The notes under the pieces were generated by a model. That model was not told the DNA's origin. It worked only from the letters and a program-made list of their open reading frames with translations, and searched no databases. A program made the translations under genes and the position numbers. Shown piece after piece: positions 48,162 through 58,935 of a DNA stretch of 64,000 bases; position 1 is the first letter of the stretch; each line of letters begins with the position of its first letter. The stretch is from positions 10,147-74,146 of IMG/VR virus record IMGVR_UViG_3300023112_001138. One strand, written 5' to 3'. The stretch comes from a virus.

Positions 48162-49031
48162 TTATATTTTTTTATATTTAGGTGTAATTAAAGTAGGATA
48201 AAAATTAGGGTGCCATCCATGCCAATGTAGACCTAATCGAGGGTGAATCATTTTTTTACCTTGACCAGCTCTTTTATGATAAAATATTTTTTCACTAAAA
48301 AAAGAAAATAATCCAATCATAAAACTAAAGCTACCACTAGAAATAATTACATATTTACAAGTACTACCAAAAAGTATTGTATCTATTTTATTTTCAACAA
48401 AAGGAATAATTTTATATTTTTTAATTAATCCTTGACAAATTTTATGTTCTATGTTATCTGAAGACATATAAATATTACTATATTCATCATTTAAAGAATC
48501 TATAATACCTTCATAAAAAGCCTGATCTGGTAATACAATATTTCTTAATGGGTGACTATCTGGATACATATGGTTTGCTCGTATATGAATAAACATATCA
48601 TTATTATTTTTATATCTATCTTTATATTTATTACGGGAAATAATATTATCACATAATTCATTTTCACTATTTGCAAAATAGTGGGTAATATGTTTAACAA
48701 TACCACTATCTTGACACCAACATGGTGGATTAAAAATATATTTAGTAGATTTATCTATAGATAAATCACCATCTAAAAACTGTTTTATTTGAGTATCAGT
48801 TATTTGTTGGCTATTTTTTATTGGGTGTATATTTTCATCTTTAAATTCTACCCCTAATTCTAAAAAATCATCGGTTTTCCACTGATAGTGGGGTGGTAAA
48901 TCATAGTGTTTTGGAATTTTTTCGTACTCACTTCCTGTGTTATATTTAATAGATAACAAATAAGTTATCATATTACGAAAGAACACATTAGCAAATAATC
49001 CTCCTTGATTGTTATTTTTACATGAAAACAT
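48162..49031 (-). CDS. GT11-like (alpha-1,2-fucosyltransferase-like) glycosyltransferase
   Basis: GGLFANVFF, WCQ, FIHIR, CKYVIISSGSFS. Confidence 0.6.
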   Translation of the reverse strand: MFSCKNNNQGGLFANVFFRNMITYLLSIKYNTGSEYEKIPKHYDLPPHYQWKTDDFLELGVEFKDENIHPIKNSQQITDTQIKQFLDGDLSIDKSTKYIFNPPCWCQDSGIVKHITHYFANSENELCDNIISRNKYKDRYKNNNDMFIHIRANHMYPDSHPLRNIVLPDQAFYEGIIDSLNDEYSNIYMSSDNIEHKICQGLIKKYKIIPFVENKIDTILFGSTCKYVIISSGSFSFMIGLFSFFSEKIFYHKRAGQGKKMIHPRLGLHWHGWHPNFYPTLITPKYKKI

Positions 49032-49037
49032 ATATTT

Positions 49038-49679
49038 TTATATTTTTTTATTTAAGAATTTAAAATCAAAAAGCTCAATCTCTTTTGAATACCTATTTTG
49101 AATCTCGTCAATTAATTTTTTATCATAATAATAAGAATAATGGTTGTGGGTAGTTTTATTTATATGAATTAAATTTTTATTAAAATTAAATTTTTTATTT
49201 AGGTTATCATATTCTTCTTTTAAATCTTTTAAATCTATTATTTTATCTATTATAATATTCCCTTCTAAATCACAGAGATATTTTTCTGCACCCCACGTTG
49301 GTCTTATAAGAGGAGATTTTAAATCATTAAGAAATAAGTCGCGATTAAATTTATCATTATTTTTCCATAAATGTAAGGATAATAGGCGCTCATAGGTATT
49401 TCTAACGATAGAAATTTTATAATATTCATTAAATTTTTTAGGGTATAATTTTCTCATTTCTAAAGCAGTTGCATGCTTATAATTAAGTGCAAACGAATCC
49501 ATTTTACTAAATTTATTATAGATATCACCACCTTCTTTTAAATTAACCATAGTATTAAGACCCTTTCTATTAAAAGTACTTATTTTATCTACCGAAAAAT
49601 CTTTCCACATTACTTCTAAAGAAGATCCTCCTGTTTTGGGAATATGAATAAATATTATTTTTTTAGTATCAGATATCAT
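49038..49679 (-). CDS. Sulfotransferase (Sulfotransfer_2-like)
   Basis: IFIHIPKTGGSS (5'-PSB), VRNTYERLLS (3'-PB). Confidence 0.85.
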   Translation of the reverse strand: MISDTKKIIFIHIPKTGGSSLEVMWKDFSVDKISTFNRKGLNTMVNLKEGGDIYNKFSKMDSFALNYKHATALEMRKLYPKKFNEYYKISIVRNTYERLLSLHLWKNNDKFNRDLFLNDLKSPLIRPTWGAEKYLCDLEGNIIIDKIIDLKDLKEEYDNLNKKFNFNKNLIHINKTTHNHYSYYYDKKLIDEIQNRYSKEIELFDFKFLNKKI

Positions 49680-50233
49680 TTTTCTATTGTTATAATTAAC
49701 CTATCATCTACTATAAAGTTATTAGTTATATTAAGTGTTTTAAAACATTCATAAATATTAGTGGTGGATATGTTACCCCAGTCCTCATATTTAGTTGTAC
49801 CAAATAATCTAAAATCATCAATAATTATTATACCATGAGATGATTTATAATGCTTATCTATATGTTTACATTCTTTTATAATGGGAACCTCATAGATTCC
49901 TTTACTTGTTATACCACCAGACCAATGACCATCTAACCAAAATACAGTGTTATCAGGTATTTCACTAATTACTTTATCTAAGAGTGTTGCACTATCACCT
50001 AATATAAATTCTACATTATTTAAATAACTTAATTTTTTTCTAGTTTTTTTATATATTAACTCAGACACCTCGACAGTATAAATTTTTTTAAATAAAGAAT
50101 ACATCTCCATAACTGTTTCTCCTTGATATGTTCCCGTTTCTACAAAATAAGGATATTTAATATTTTCTAATTTATAATTTTTATTATTAATTATTTTTCT
50201 AATCTGATTATATTGTAGGTGAGTTAATTTCAT
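49676..50233 (-). CDS. SAM-dependent methyltransferase
   Basis: FVETGTYQG, GDS, FWLDGHWSG, IIIDDFRLF. Confidence 0.8.
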   Translation of the reverse strand: MKLTHLQYNQIRKIINNKNYKLENIKYPYFVETGTYQGETVMEMYSLFKKIYTVEVSELIYKKTRKKLSYLNNVEFILGDSATLLDKVISEIPDNTVFWLDGHWSGGITSKGIYEVPIIKECKHIDKHYKSSHGIIIIDDFRLFGTTKYEDWGNISTTNIYECFKTLNITNNFIVDDRLIITIEK

Positions 50234-50234
50234 T

Positions 50235-51002
50235 TCATCTATTCGTTAATACTACAACTGGTTGTAATATCGCAGCTTTTCCAGTATCTTTTTCTAATGC
50301 ATGATGTGAGAATCCGGAGGAATAAAGAATATCAAAATCCTCTATAAGTTTTCCCCATCTTTTTTTACCATAAATCCTGTGAGCATTCCATATTATTTTA
50401 TCTCTCCCAATAGGTACAGATAAAAATAATTTCCCACCCTTCTTTAAAATATTTTTTTTAACATTTTTCATCGCTTTTAAATCCCCATCTGGGTCAATAT
50501 TGTCACCATATCTCCCTAATCCGTCATGTTCAAATGAAGAAATAGAAAATACCATATCAAACTTTGTTGGGTTTTTATCATATTCTGACACAGTTAATAA
50601 TTTAAGTCTGTTATCGTTAGTAGTGATAGTATTATATTCTATAGTGGTAGGGTATCCTCCATACGCTATACAAACAGATTCATACCATGGTTCTACTGAC
50701 CCTAAAATGGCTACCGTTTTATTTTTAATGGGGTATTTGGATAAACAATCATATAAAAATTTATCTGTTTCCCCATAATAATTAACTTGTTTTTTTAACG
50801 CTTTTTTTATAAGGGCATCAATCTCTTCTTTATCATAATAATTATTTTTTTTATCATTAAGATAATCACTATTAATAAACCAATCTAATTTAGGTATAGT
50901 ATTATTCATGGTAAATTTATTTTTATCATCTATCGACAAGTTCACCCAATTAAGTGGTACTTTTCTAAAATTATTAATTTTATCAGAAGGATTACTATTC
51001 AT
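50235..51002 (-). CDS. DUF268-like SAM-dependent methyltransferase
   Basis: LGSVEPWYE, SISSFEHDGLGRYGD.IDPDGDLKAM, WNAHRIYG. Confidence 0.8.
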   Translation of the reverse strand: MNSNPSDKINNFRKVPLNWVNLSIDDKNKFTMNNTIPKLDWFINSDYLNDKKNNYYDKEEIDALIKKALKKQVNYYGETDKFLYDCLSKYPIKNKTVAILGSVEPWYESVCIAYGGYPTTIEYNTITTNDNRLKLLTVSEYDKNPTKFDMVFSISSFEHDGLGRYGDNIDPDGDLKAMKNVKKNILKKGGKLFLSVPIGRDKIIWNAHRIYGKKRWGKLIEDFDILYSSGFSHHALEKDTGKAAILQPVVVLTNR

Positions 51003-51062
51003 AATTTAACACTATTGTAGGTATATTAATATTTTTAATGTCTATTATTTTCATAAGTTATA

Positions 51063-51755
51063 TTATATATTATAAATACTCTTTAAGTTATTTTTTTCTT
51101 CATTACCAATGGATTTTCTGGTGTTAGTTGACACCCACCAGTTAGGTAAAATTTTACCCCTTTTAAATATGTGTATGTAATCGGTTACTGTTGGAGTTGT
51201 GCAACATACCCCCCATTCATCATTAATCTTTAGTGTTTCCCAGTCCCATAAATTATTACATTCTGGTAAGTATTTTAAAAAGTAATCCTTATCCCAAAGT
51301 GACATAGTTATAGATAAAAAATGATTTTCACCTTTTAAAGTTTCGTTAACACTAAAATTTTTATGGAACTCAATTATTTTATGTTTTCTATTGTTATTAT
51401 CTGGTGTTAATCCTATCCTACCAATCTTATCATTCTTTATTTTTTCAATTAAAAAATCTAATATTTCATAATTAAAACTTTTAACTATTGGTTTATCATC
51501 CACCTCAATTATAAAATATTTTTCCTCTTTTTTAGAAAAATATTCATATAATTGTTGACATACTTTATCCACACCTTGATCTTCACCTAAACTTTCAAAC
51601 CTGCAAAATAATGGTTTTACTTTAGGGTTAGAATAACCTAATACACAAACATCACTTTTAGGGTGATATTTTTTATAAAAAGTATCCGCCATTTGTATAG
51701 TTGAGTTTACTAATTTATCAGATGTTAAAATGTAAGTCACAATATTTTGTCCCAT
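51063..51755 (-). CDS. Putative GT-A-like glycosyltransferase
   Basis: YFIIEVDD, SLWDKDYF, WDWE; genomic context. Confidence 0.45.
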   Translation of the reverse strand: MGQNIVTYILTSDKLVNSTIQMADTFYKKYHPKSDVCVLGYSNPKVKPLFCRFESLGEDQGVDKVCQQLYEYFSKKEEKYFIIEVDDKPIVKSFNYEILDFLIEKIKNDKIGRIGLTPDNNNRKHKIIEFHKNFSVNETLKGENHFLSITMSLWDKDYFLKYLPECNNLWDWETLKINDEWGVCCTTPTVTDYIHIFKRGKILPNWWVSTNTRKSIGNEEKNNLKSIYNI

Positions 51756-51757
51756 AA

Positions 51758-52477
51758 TTAATTTAAAAGTTCTTTATAGTAATTTTTAGCTTGTTGGGTG
51801 GTTGGTTGTCCCCATCTAGTATTACCAACTATTAAAGAATCAAATCCACTACCAATATCTAATAATGTAATGTTATTTTTAAATTTATGAATATCACTAA
51901 TTAAACCAGGAGATTGCAAACCAACACTAAATAATATTATACAATCATCAGTTATCGCATTTTTTATTTCTTCATAAATTTTATCCTTTTCATCATAAGC
52001 GTTTACTAATGGTATTGTAATGTAATCATCTATTTTTAGATAATTACAAATACCCTTTAATCTTTCTGGGCCAACATATATTTTTTTTCTTTTAGAGTTC
52101 GTAATACTTCTATAAAATTCTAATAAAGATTTATCACCTAATTTATTTTTTTGTATCATTAACACTTCAAATGGTGAAATAAAATTAGGTTTTATGTTAT
52201 TTTCATTATTAAAATGATTAAAAAACTTAAAGTTAGGGAAATCATGCGGGTTTTTTGGTGGATTGCTAGAATACCAATCAGATATGTAAGCACCAATAGA
52301 TGATAGATATTTATACCCCTCTATATTATCATTACCTAAATCTTTACTGTATTTATGTCCGTCAATATTTTCACCTTCTTTAAATTGCATAGAAATTATT
52401 TCCCCATCACCAATTTTAAGAAATACAAAATTGTCGTTATTACTAATTTTATCCGTAAAAAGTTCTATACTCATCAT
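51758..52477 (-). CDS. GT-D-fold (DUF1792-like) glycosyltransferase
   Basis: FLKIGDGE, YVGP, LLDIGSGFD. Confidence 0.65.
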   Translation of the reverse strand: MMSIELFTDKISNNDNFVFLKIGDGEIISMQFKEGENIDGHKYSKDLGNDNIEGYKYLSSIGAYISDWYSSNPPKNPHDFPNFKFFNHFNNENNIKPNFISPFEVLMIQKNKLGDKSLLEFYRSITNSKRKKIYVGPERLKGICNYLKIDDYITIPLVNAYDEKDKIYEEIKNAITDDCIILFSVGLQSPGLISDIHKFKNNITLLDIGSGFDSLIVGNTRWGQPTTQQAKNYYKELLN

Positions 52478-53157
52478 CTATTTGCACTTTTATAAACACC
52501 TGTCATTGATCCTTGTTTAACTAATCCGGGTTCTAACCAGTAACAATTAGTATTTAATTTATTAAAAAAATAATTTAATTCGAAATCAAAAGGTAAAACA
52601 ATTTCTTTTATTTCTTCATAAAGTTTTTTAGCAAATTCTTTTTTTACAACATACCCATCCACACATCTAGTTTTGGCTGGTGTTTTTTTATATATATTAT
52701 TTTTTATTTTAATAGTTTTTGATAGGTTTGATTTATCTAAATTAAAAATATTAAATGACGAACCAAAAAATATAACATCAAAATCTTCAGGGGTTTGTTT
52801 TATTAAATTTTCTAATCTACCATTAAAATCATTATTAAAAATAACATCATCCTCAATAATAATTGAGTAATCTTCTTTTGATTCTGATATTTTTTTTAAT
52901 GCATCTAAATGGGATAAAGAATTACAAATTTCACTTAATTTTAGTTCTCTAAATCCTATATTATTTATGTATAACCCTTTAGTTCTTTTTTCCCATAATT
53001 CTGGGTTTACCTTATAAAATTTATTTATCAAATTGGTGCTAATGGTTTCTCTTTCGTATTGTTCAATAAAACGATATTCTAAATTAAAACTATTTAATTT
53101 ATTTATTAGATATTCCTTTCTATCTGTTAATTTTTTATAGTGTATAATATAGATCAT
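52474..53157 (-). CDS. Glycosyltransferase family 25
   Basis: IYIIH..LTDRK, EICNSLSH, IIIEDDV, DVIFFG, GYVV. Confidence 0.85.
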   Translation of the reverse strand: MIYIIHYKKLTDRKEYLINKLNSFNLEYRFIEQYERETISTNLINKFYKVNPELWEKRTKGLYINNIGFRELKLSEICNSLSHLDALKKISESKEDYSIIIEDDVIFNNDFNGRLENLIKQTPEDFDVIFFGSSFNIFNLDKSNLSKTIKIKNNIYKKTPAKTRCVDGYVVKKEFAKKLYEEIKEIVLPFDFELNYFFNKLNTNCYWLEPGLVKQGSMTGVYKSANR

Positions 53158-53162
53158 TTTAT

Positions 53163-53786
53163 TTAATTTATGTTATATAATAATAAAGATTTATCGGTAT
53201 AGTTAGGGTAGTCTTCTGCGCAATTTTCAATAATAATATCTATAGGGTTAGTTAACTTATATGGTTCTATTTCTAGATTTATTGGTCTCCATCCACCATC
53301 AGGTATATTTGCATTTAAAACAGATTTTCTCCAGTCATGACCCAAATTTTTATCTGTAAAGGAAGTTGTTAAAAGATATTTAACATTGCTATTTTTTACA
53401 TTTTCTATAAATTTTAATATGTTATCATTACTTAAATGAACCAAACAATCTCTAACTAATAATAAATCCACATCAGGTATTTTATCTGTTATGATATTTA
53501 TAACTTTAAAATCAAAATTGTAGAGACTTTTGTTTTTTTCTATGATTTCAGGGACAATATCTCCACCAATATATTCTATATTAGATAAATCCATTTCTTT
53601 CACCCAATTAAAATCACCACATGGCGCATCTAACATTGTTTTTATATTATATTTTTTTAAAAGATTTTGTAATCCTATTCTTAAATCTTTTGTGGTATCT
53701 AATTCTGATCCAGCCCCACTAACACTTTCTTTAGATGACCAAGCATTATTTTTAAATTTACTATGAAATATATTTGTTAAACTCAT
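53163..53786 (-). CDS. Class I SAM-dependent methyltransferase
   Basis: SGAGS, LDAPCGDFNW, RDCLVHL. Confidence 0.85.
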   Translation of the reverse strand: MSLTNIFHSKFKNNAWSSKESVSGAGSELDTTKDLRIGLQNLLKKYNIKTMLDAPCGDFNWVKEMDLSNIEYIGGDIVPEIIEKNKSLYNFDFKVINIITDKIPDVDLLLVRDCLVHLSNDNILKFIENVKNSNVKYLLTTSFTDKNLGHDWRKSVLNANIPDGGWRPINLEIEPYKLTNPIDIIIENCAEDYPNYTDKSLLLYNIN

Positions 53787-54638
53787 CTAACCCTTTATTA
53801 GTTTTTCCCAATATGGAAATTTTAATTTTTCCATATTTTTATTTTCTTTAAAATAATCTTTTTTTGCGATAAGTAAAGTTTCATTTAAATCTTTAAAACT
53901 ATCTACTATTAAAACTGGTAAGTCACCATATATTTTTTCATGGAAATAACTCCTTTCAATTATAGGTATTACCCCTATATATAACATTTCCCAATTTCTA
54001 TGGCAATCTATACCATTACCATCGGGGCATAATACAAAATCAGATTCTTTACATTCTTTAAGGTAATTATCAATATTTCCTAACCAACCACCCATTCTTA
54101 TATAACACCATTCATATTTACTAAAATATGGTGGAATCCACTCTCTTTTATTCTTATTTGTTTTCGTATTAAAATTTAAATAACACATATATTTTTTATC
54201 TAAATTCTGAGAACTATACGCCTCAATTTTATTATGCTTATTGCCGTGTTTTCCATGTGATTTTACTGACCAAAATTTTCTTTCTAACCCTATCGGTAGG
54301 CTACATATTTCATTTGTATTGACAGCGTCAATATTTTGACCAAACCATTTTTTTATACATTTCGGTATATTGTCTACGTCACTTTGTTTAAAACCCATGT
54401 CTCCATTATGCGATAAAAGAATAAATGGTTTTTCATAATCTTTAATAATATTAAAAAAATTAGTAACCCTGTCCGAATCAACATAAACGATTGGTAGTCT
54501 GTCTTCTTTAAAATTTTCTATGAAATTATTTAATCTATTAAAATCTAAAGGTAGTTCTTTAGTATATTTATCCCCAAAACCAATATCTGCAATAGATTCG
54601 AATTTTTCACCATCAATGTAGTCTTCTTTTTTTATCAT
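53787..54638 (-). CDS. Exostosin/GT47-like glycosyltransferase
   Basis: WFGQN, LPIGL, FVLCPDGNGIDCHRNWEMLYIGVIPI. Confidence 0.7.
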   Translation of the reverse strand: MIKKEDYIDGEKFESIADIGFGDKYTKELPLDFNRLNNFIENFKEDRLPIVYVDSDRVTNFFNIIKDYEKPFILLSHNGDMGFKQSDVDNIPKCIKKWFGQNIDAVNTNEICSLPIGLERKFWSVKSHGKHGNKHNKIEAYSSQNLDKKYMCYLNFNTKTNKNKREWIPPYFSKYEWCYIRMGGWLGNIDNYLKECKESDFVLCPDGNGIDCHRNWEMLYIGVIPIIERSYFHEKIYGDLPVLIVDSFKDLNETLLIAKKDYFKENKNMEKLKFPYWEKLIKG

Positions 54639-55531
54639 TTTGATAAAAATTTATATAACTCTTTAGAGTGGATGTGTAAATTACAAATTGGTATTTTTTT
54701 ACCGTCATACCAGCAAAATGGTCTTTTAAACCCTTCGGAATCACATTCTAAAGAAATTTTAATATTATTATTAATTATTTCTTTACCGATATATGTTTTC
54801 AGTATATTATCACCACATTGGTGGTATGGTCTACCTTTATTATCCCCACCGAAAAATTGACCGTAAGGTGCAGGGTCAAATAACATATTAAATTCATTAA
54901 AATTATTAGAAAAAGGTAAAAGTGGAAAATCCTTTATATAGTCCTTTTCTTTTTTTACTTTCCTCAAAAAAGTCATTTCTGATGGGCAACATTCACTATA
55001 ATTTTCTCTTATATCTTTTATTTTTTCTTTATCATGTAAAATATCATCCATATCACTAACTAGTTGTTTAAAAATATTTTTATTTTTAAAGTAGGTTAAC
55101 CCAGTAGTAACTCTTTGGTCATCCAATGTGGTAACAAATATATCACCAGTTAAGTTTTTTAATATATTTTTTATTTTTGATAACGACTGATAAATTAATA
55201 TATCATTTTCAAAAAAGAAAAACTCTACATCGGAATTGATGGTTTTTAAATATTCTTCGATAATATAAAATCTTGCAAAAGTTAAAATCCAGAAATCTTT
55301 AGTGGGGAAACTATTGAATATATTATTTTTATTGTCTAGTAGTTTTAAACTACTATATTTTTCTATTTTATTAATGTCTATTCGAATAAACTCAACACCA
55401 TACTCATCAAAACAAAAATGTTTATTATCCCCTAAAAATATTATTTTTTCATCTTTATTAAATGTCCTTAACTGGCGTATAGTATCGTTTATATAGTCAG
55501 GTACTTTCCCTATGTTAACTAAAATAATCAT
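54635..55531 (-). CDS. Putative GT-A glycosyltransferase
   Basis: ARFYII, FFENDILIY, EM, FDPAPYGQ, NLHIHSK. Confidence 0.55.
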   Translation of the reverse strand: MIILVNIGKVPDYINDTIRQLRTFNKDEKIIFLGDNKHFCFDEYGVEFIRIDINKIEKYSSLKLLDNKNNIFNSFPTKDFWILTFARFYIIEEYLKTINSDVEFFFFENDILIYQSLSKIKNILKNLTGDIFVTTLDDQRVTTGLTYFKNKNIFKQLVSDMDDILHDKEKIKDIRENYSECCPSEMTFLRKVKKEKDYIKDFPLLPFSNNFNEFNMLFDPAPYGQFFGGDNKGRPYHQCGDNILKTYIGKEIINNNIKISLECDSEGFKRPFCWYDGKKIPICNLHIHSKELYKFLSK

Positions 55532-56295
55532 AAATAAATAAAATTTTTTGTTTTTATATCTTTAGGGAAAAATGTTTCATCCTTAGTAAAGTTATAGTTA
55601 TAATTTAACCATCTATCAGGTGCAATTACTATCTCACTATTAAGTAACCCCAACCAAGACGCCCACCAAGAGAATGTTGATGAACTAATTATTTTATATT
55701 TACTATGTAATATTAATTGAAAATCTGTTCTCATATCATTTTGATAGATAGTGTCGTTAGGAAAATATTTTTTAGCTAATGGTTTATTATCTGTTATAAC
55801 TATAAATTTAATATCTTTATTTATTATTGAGTTAATATGTTCTTTAGCGGATATAAAGTATTTCTTTGGTAGTCGGTAATCTCTTAGATAAGCATCTTGC
55901 GCTCTAAAATGAATAACACAGGTATTATCGTCAATAATATTATTTGTAGGGGGTTCCATCTTAAACCATTCACGTATCTTATTCTCAAACCCTTCAAAGT
56001 AACATTCACTTTGCCACCAACCATTTAAATGGGTATCATTGTCAATATCAAAAACTTCCGAATTAAATTTATCACCTATTTCTTTGAATACGTTAGTTTG
56101 TTTTCTATACGGTTGAATCCCCATGTCGCAATTAAAAAATTTATTACCTAACCAACCACCTTTTACTGTTTTATCCCCGTAAGGTACACCATTAGGTATT
56201 GTAAAACCATAACCCAGTTTCTCTGATATTACTCTAGCCATTACGTACTGATATAAATGATTCCCTAACCTACCCTGTAATTCTACTGATACCAT
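55528..56295 (-). CDS. GT11 alpha-1,2-fucosyltransferase
   Basis: GRLGNHLYQY, GWWQSECYF, IHFR, SSTFSWWASWL. Confidence 0.88.
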   Translation of the reverse strand: MVSVELQGRLGNHLYQYVMARVISEKLGYGFTIPNGVPYGDKTVKGGWLGNKFFNCDMGIQPYRKQTNVFKEIGDKFNSEVFDIDNDTHLNGWWQSECYFEGFENKIREWFKMEPPTNNIIDDNTCVIHFRAQDAYLRDYRLPKKYFISAKEHINSIINKDIKFIVITDNKPLAKKYFPNDTIYQNDMRTDFQLILHSKYKIISSSTFSWWASWLGLLNSEIVIAPDRWLNYNYNFTKDETFFPKDIKTKNFIYL

Positions 56296-56296
56296 A

Positions 56297-57592
56297 TTAA
56301 AATGGGTTAAACCCTAATTTTTTATTGTTAGTAGTGTAATTATTTTTTTCTAAAAAGAAAGTTAATGGAGATTTAAAGGAATCATTTTTTAATTTAACAC
56401 TTAAATTTAAAAATGATTGTACCACATCTTTATCTAAAAATGGGTATCTACTCTCCACACCGAAAGAACCAGTTACGAATTCTTCCTTTTGTAAATATGA
56501 AAATTGGGATCCATGATAAAAATTCTCCCAAGGAAAATAAGTGGATATGTTTTCGTCATGTTTAATAGGGTTACTTTTTCCAAAAGTATATGCTTGTATG
56601 TTAGACATGATTTCATCAGAACCTTGACCAGATGCCATTATTCTAATGTTTGGGTTTTCGTTTTTTACAGTTTTTAATAGATGATAAAGACCAAGAGCAC
56701 CAGGGTCATTAAACCCATCTATTGATTTTTTATTATAGCTACTGCCGTAAAAAAATGGTTCACAATTATTACTTAATCCCTCTTTAAGTTTTATCTTATT
56801 AATTGAATTGTCTTGTATGTAACTTTTTATGATATTTTCAGATTTCACCCTTTTTTTAATTATGTCTAAATTCTCTTTACCTTGAAATGAAAAAGTGGTA
56901 TAGGGGATTTTTAATATATCTAAACCACAAGCAATTGCACCACTATCATGACCACTACTTAATGGTAAGATTATATCATGTTGTATATTAGTGAATCGTT
57001 TTTTTAAAGATTTAATAAAATTATCTTCCCACTCACTAAAACTATCTATATTTTGTGTTAAATCAAAAACATATACACTTTCTTTTTTTATAATTTCTTT
57101 TGTAGTTAAGTCAAATTTTAATGTGGTATTGGGAGGTAATTTAGTAATATTATTAAACCCATTATTTCTTAAAATTGATTCGTAGGTAGACACACCTACA
57201 CCTGAAACTGATATATCATAGTATATTGGTTTGGTGCTGAATACATCACTAGATATGTATATGACATTTTTTTTGAAGTCGATTAATGTGATTGCAAATT
57301 CCCCATCTAATTTTTTAACAAAATTATCACCGAATTCTTTGTAATCATTTATTATATGGTAAACATCACTTTCATATTTTTTATTATAATTATAAATCTC
57401 ACCATTAAAAAGACAAACAATGTCACCATCAACTATGGGTTGCGTGGTTAGTGATCCTGTTAGTGATAGTAATGTATGTATGAAAGTAATTCCATTAACA
57501 TCTAAAATAGAAGTATTATCGGGACCCCTTAATTTTAATAGATTAAGGGTACTTTCATTAATGGGTTTGGTTGACACTACTATACCGCACAT
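56297..57592 (-). CDS. Asparagine-synthetase-like glutamine amidotransferase
   Basis: MCGI N-terminal nucleophile, RGPD, FNGEIYN, LSSGHDS, SGQGSDE, RYPFLD. Confidence 0.9.
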   Translation of the reverse strand: MCGIVVSTKPINESTLNLLKLRGPDNTSILDVNGITFIHTLLSLTGSLTTQPIVDGDIVCLFNGEIYNYNKKYESDVYHIINDYKEFGDNFVKKLDGEFAITLIDFKKNVIYISSDVFSTKPIYYDISVSGVGVSTYESILRNNGFNNITKLPPNTTLKFDLTTKEIIKKESVYVFDLTQNIDSFSEWEDNFIKSLKKRFTNIQHDIILPLSSGHDSGAIACGLDILKIPYTTFSFQGKENLDIIKKRVKSENIIKSYIQDNSINKIKLKEGLSNNCEPFFYGSSYNKKSIDGFNDPGALGLYHLLKTVKNENPNIRIMASGQGSDEIMSNIQAYTFGKSNPIKHDENISTYFPWENFYHGSQFSYLQKEEFVTGSFGVESRYPFLDKDVVQSFLNLSVKLKNDSFKSPLTFFLEKNNYTTNNKKLGFNPF

Positions 57593-57595
57593 ATT

Positions 57596-58219
57596 TTATA
57601 TTTTAATATTCTTTTTATTGTAAATTTCTGAACCAGATATTAGATCATCATTCTCAAAGTTGTAACCAAAATATTCAAAATCTTTTTTAAATCCTTCTAT
57701 CATTAACTCTATACTTTTTTCATCATAATAATCTTTAAAATGGGTTCTACTAGATTTATTAGTGTGTGGTAAAGTCCCCTCAATTCCTAACTTATTTTTA
57801 ATGAAATTAAAATCTTCATTTATTTTTTCAAATTTACCTACAAAATCTAATGTGATTGGGCTCTCTAAATCAGAATTTTCTGATAACCAAAGATACTGGG
57901 GTTTACAATCTTCATTAACTCTCCATTCTATATATTCTCCATAATTTTTAAATGACTTGATAAGTTTGTGTTGAAAATGAGATGTATCTTTTAACATATA
58001 ATGATATAAAGAAACTTGCCAATCAAACGGATTTCTTACAAATGCGAAAGTAAAATATTTGATATATTTATCTTTTCCATATTTATCGATATATTTTTTG
58101 GGTGGGTCATGTTTATCGGATATAAAGTTTCCATATTTATTTAAGATATTTCTCATAGAAGTACCACCTGTTTTATATAAATGAAAAAATATAAATTTAT
58201 TATTGTCGGATCCTATCAT
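57596..58219 (-). CDS. Sulfotransferase (Sulfotransfer_2-like)
   Basis: FFHLYKTGGTS, FVRNPFDWQVSLY, DFVGKFE. Confidence 0.85.
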   Translation of the reverse strand: MIGSDNNKFIFFHLYKTGGTSMRNILNKYGNFISDKHDPPKKYIDKYGKDKYIKYFTFAFVRNPFDWQVSLYHYMLKDTSHFQHKLIKSFKNYGEYIEWRVNEDCKPQYLWLSENSDLESPITLDFVGKFEKINEDFNFIKNKLGIEGTLPHTNKSSRTHFKDYYDEKSIELMIEGFKKDFEYFGYNFENDDLISGSEIYNKKNIKI

Positions 58220-58223
58220 AATT

Positions 58224-58931
58224 TTAATTTAATTCTATGTAACACAACCAAGTATATTGTTGTGATTCTTTTTTGAAAATCTCATGTTTATTTTCACTAT
58301 TTTCAAATATTGGTTTTTTGGTCGGGTATTCGACACCCCATTCATCACCCCATCTTGTTTTTATATCTTTATAAACGGGTGGGAATTCATAATAAAAATC
58401 CAGATTCTCTTCAAGATACTTTAAGTTACTATCTTTAGAATCGATAATCTTCTTTAAAGAATAACAATCCCCTTGATTAATAGGGTAATTATCCTCTATG
58501 ATTATTTTTTTAAAACCTAATTTTTTACATAATTTAATTCTTTCCAACGCATCTTGATGGTCATCGAAAAACAATATAGTATTTTCTTTATCTAAAGAAT
58601 CCCATTCTGAGGTATCAATATCCTTAAAATCAGTATTAAAATACTTAGCTGATTCAGATATGTATTCCCTTCTACTTAAATTAATATCTATACCAAATAC
58701 TTTAGATGTCGGTAAAACATTTTCAATCAACCAAGTACTTTGACCCCTCCAAACACCACTTTCTATAACACTACTAGGGCTTATCTTATCTAAAATAAAA
58801 TAAATGGCAAACATATGAGGTGTAACCATCCCACCCTTATTGTATTTTATTGGTCTTTTAGAATATAGTTCTAAAAAATCTTCAATCTTTTCTGTTATTT
58901 CATCATAAGACCACAATTCTTTATATTCCAT
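58224..58931 (-). CDS. Methyltransferase-like protein
   Basis: VIESGVWRGQSTW, FFDDHQ, EDNYP. Confidence 0.65.
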   Translation of the reverse strand: MEYKELWSYDEITEKIEDFLELYSKRPIKYNKGGMVTPHMFAIYFILDKISPSSVIESGVWRGQSTWLIENVLPTSKVFGIDINLSRREYISESAKYFNTDFKDIDTSEWDSLDKENTILFFDDHQDALERIKLCKKLGFKKIIIEDNYPINQGDCYSLKKIIDSKDSNLKYLEENLDFYYEFPPVYKDIKTRWGDEWGVEYPTKKPIFENSENKHEIFKKESQQYTWLCYIELN

Positions 58932-58935
58932 TGTT

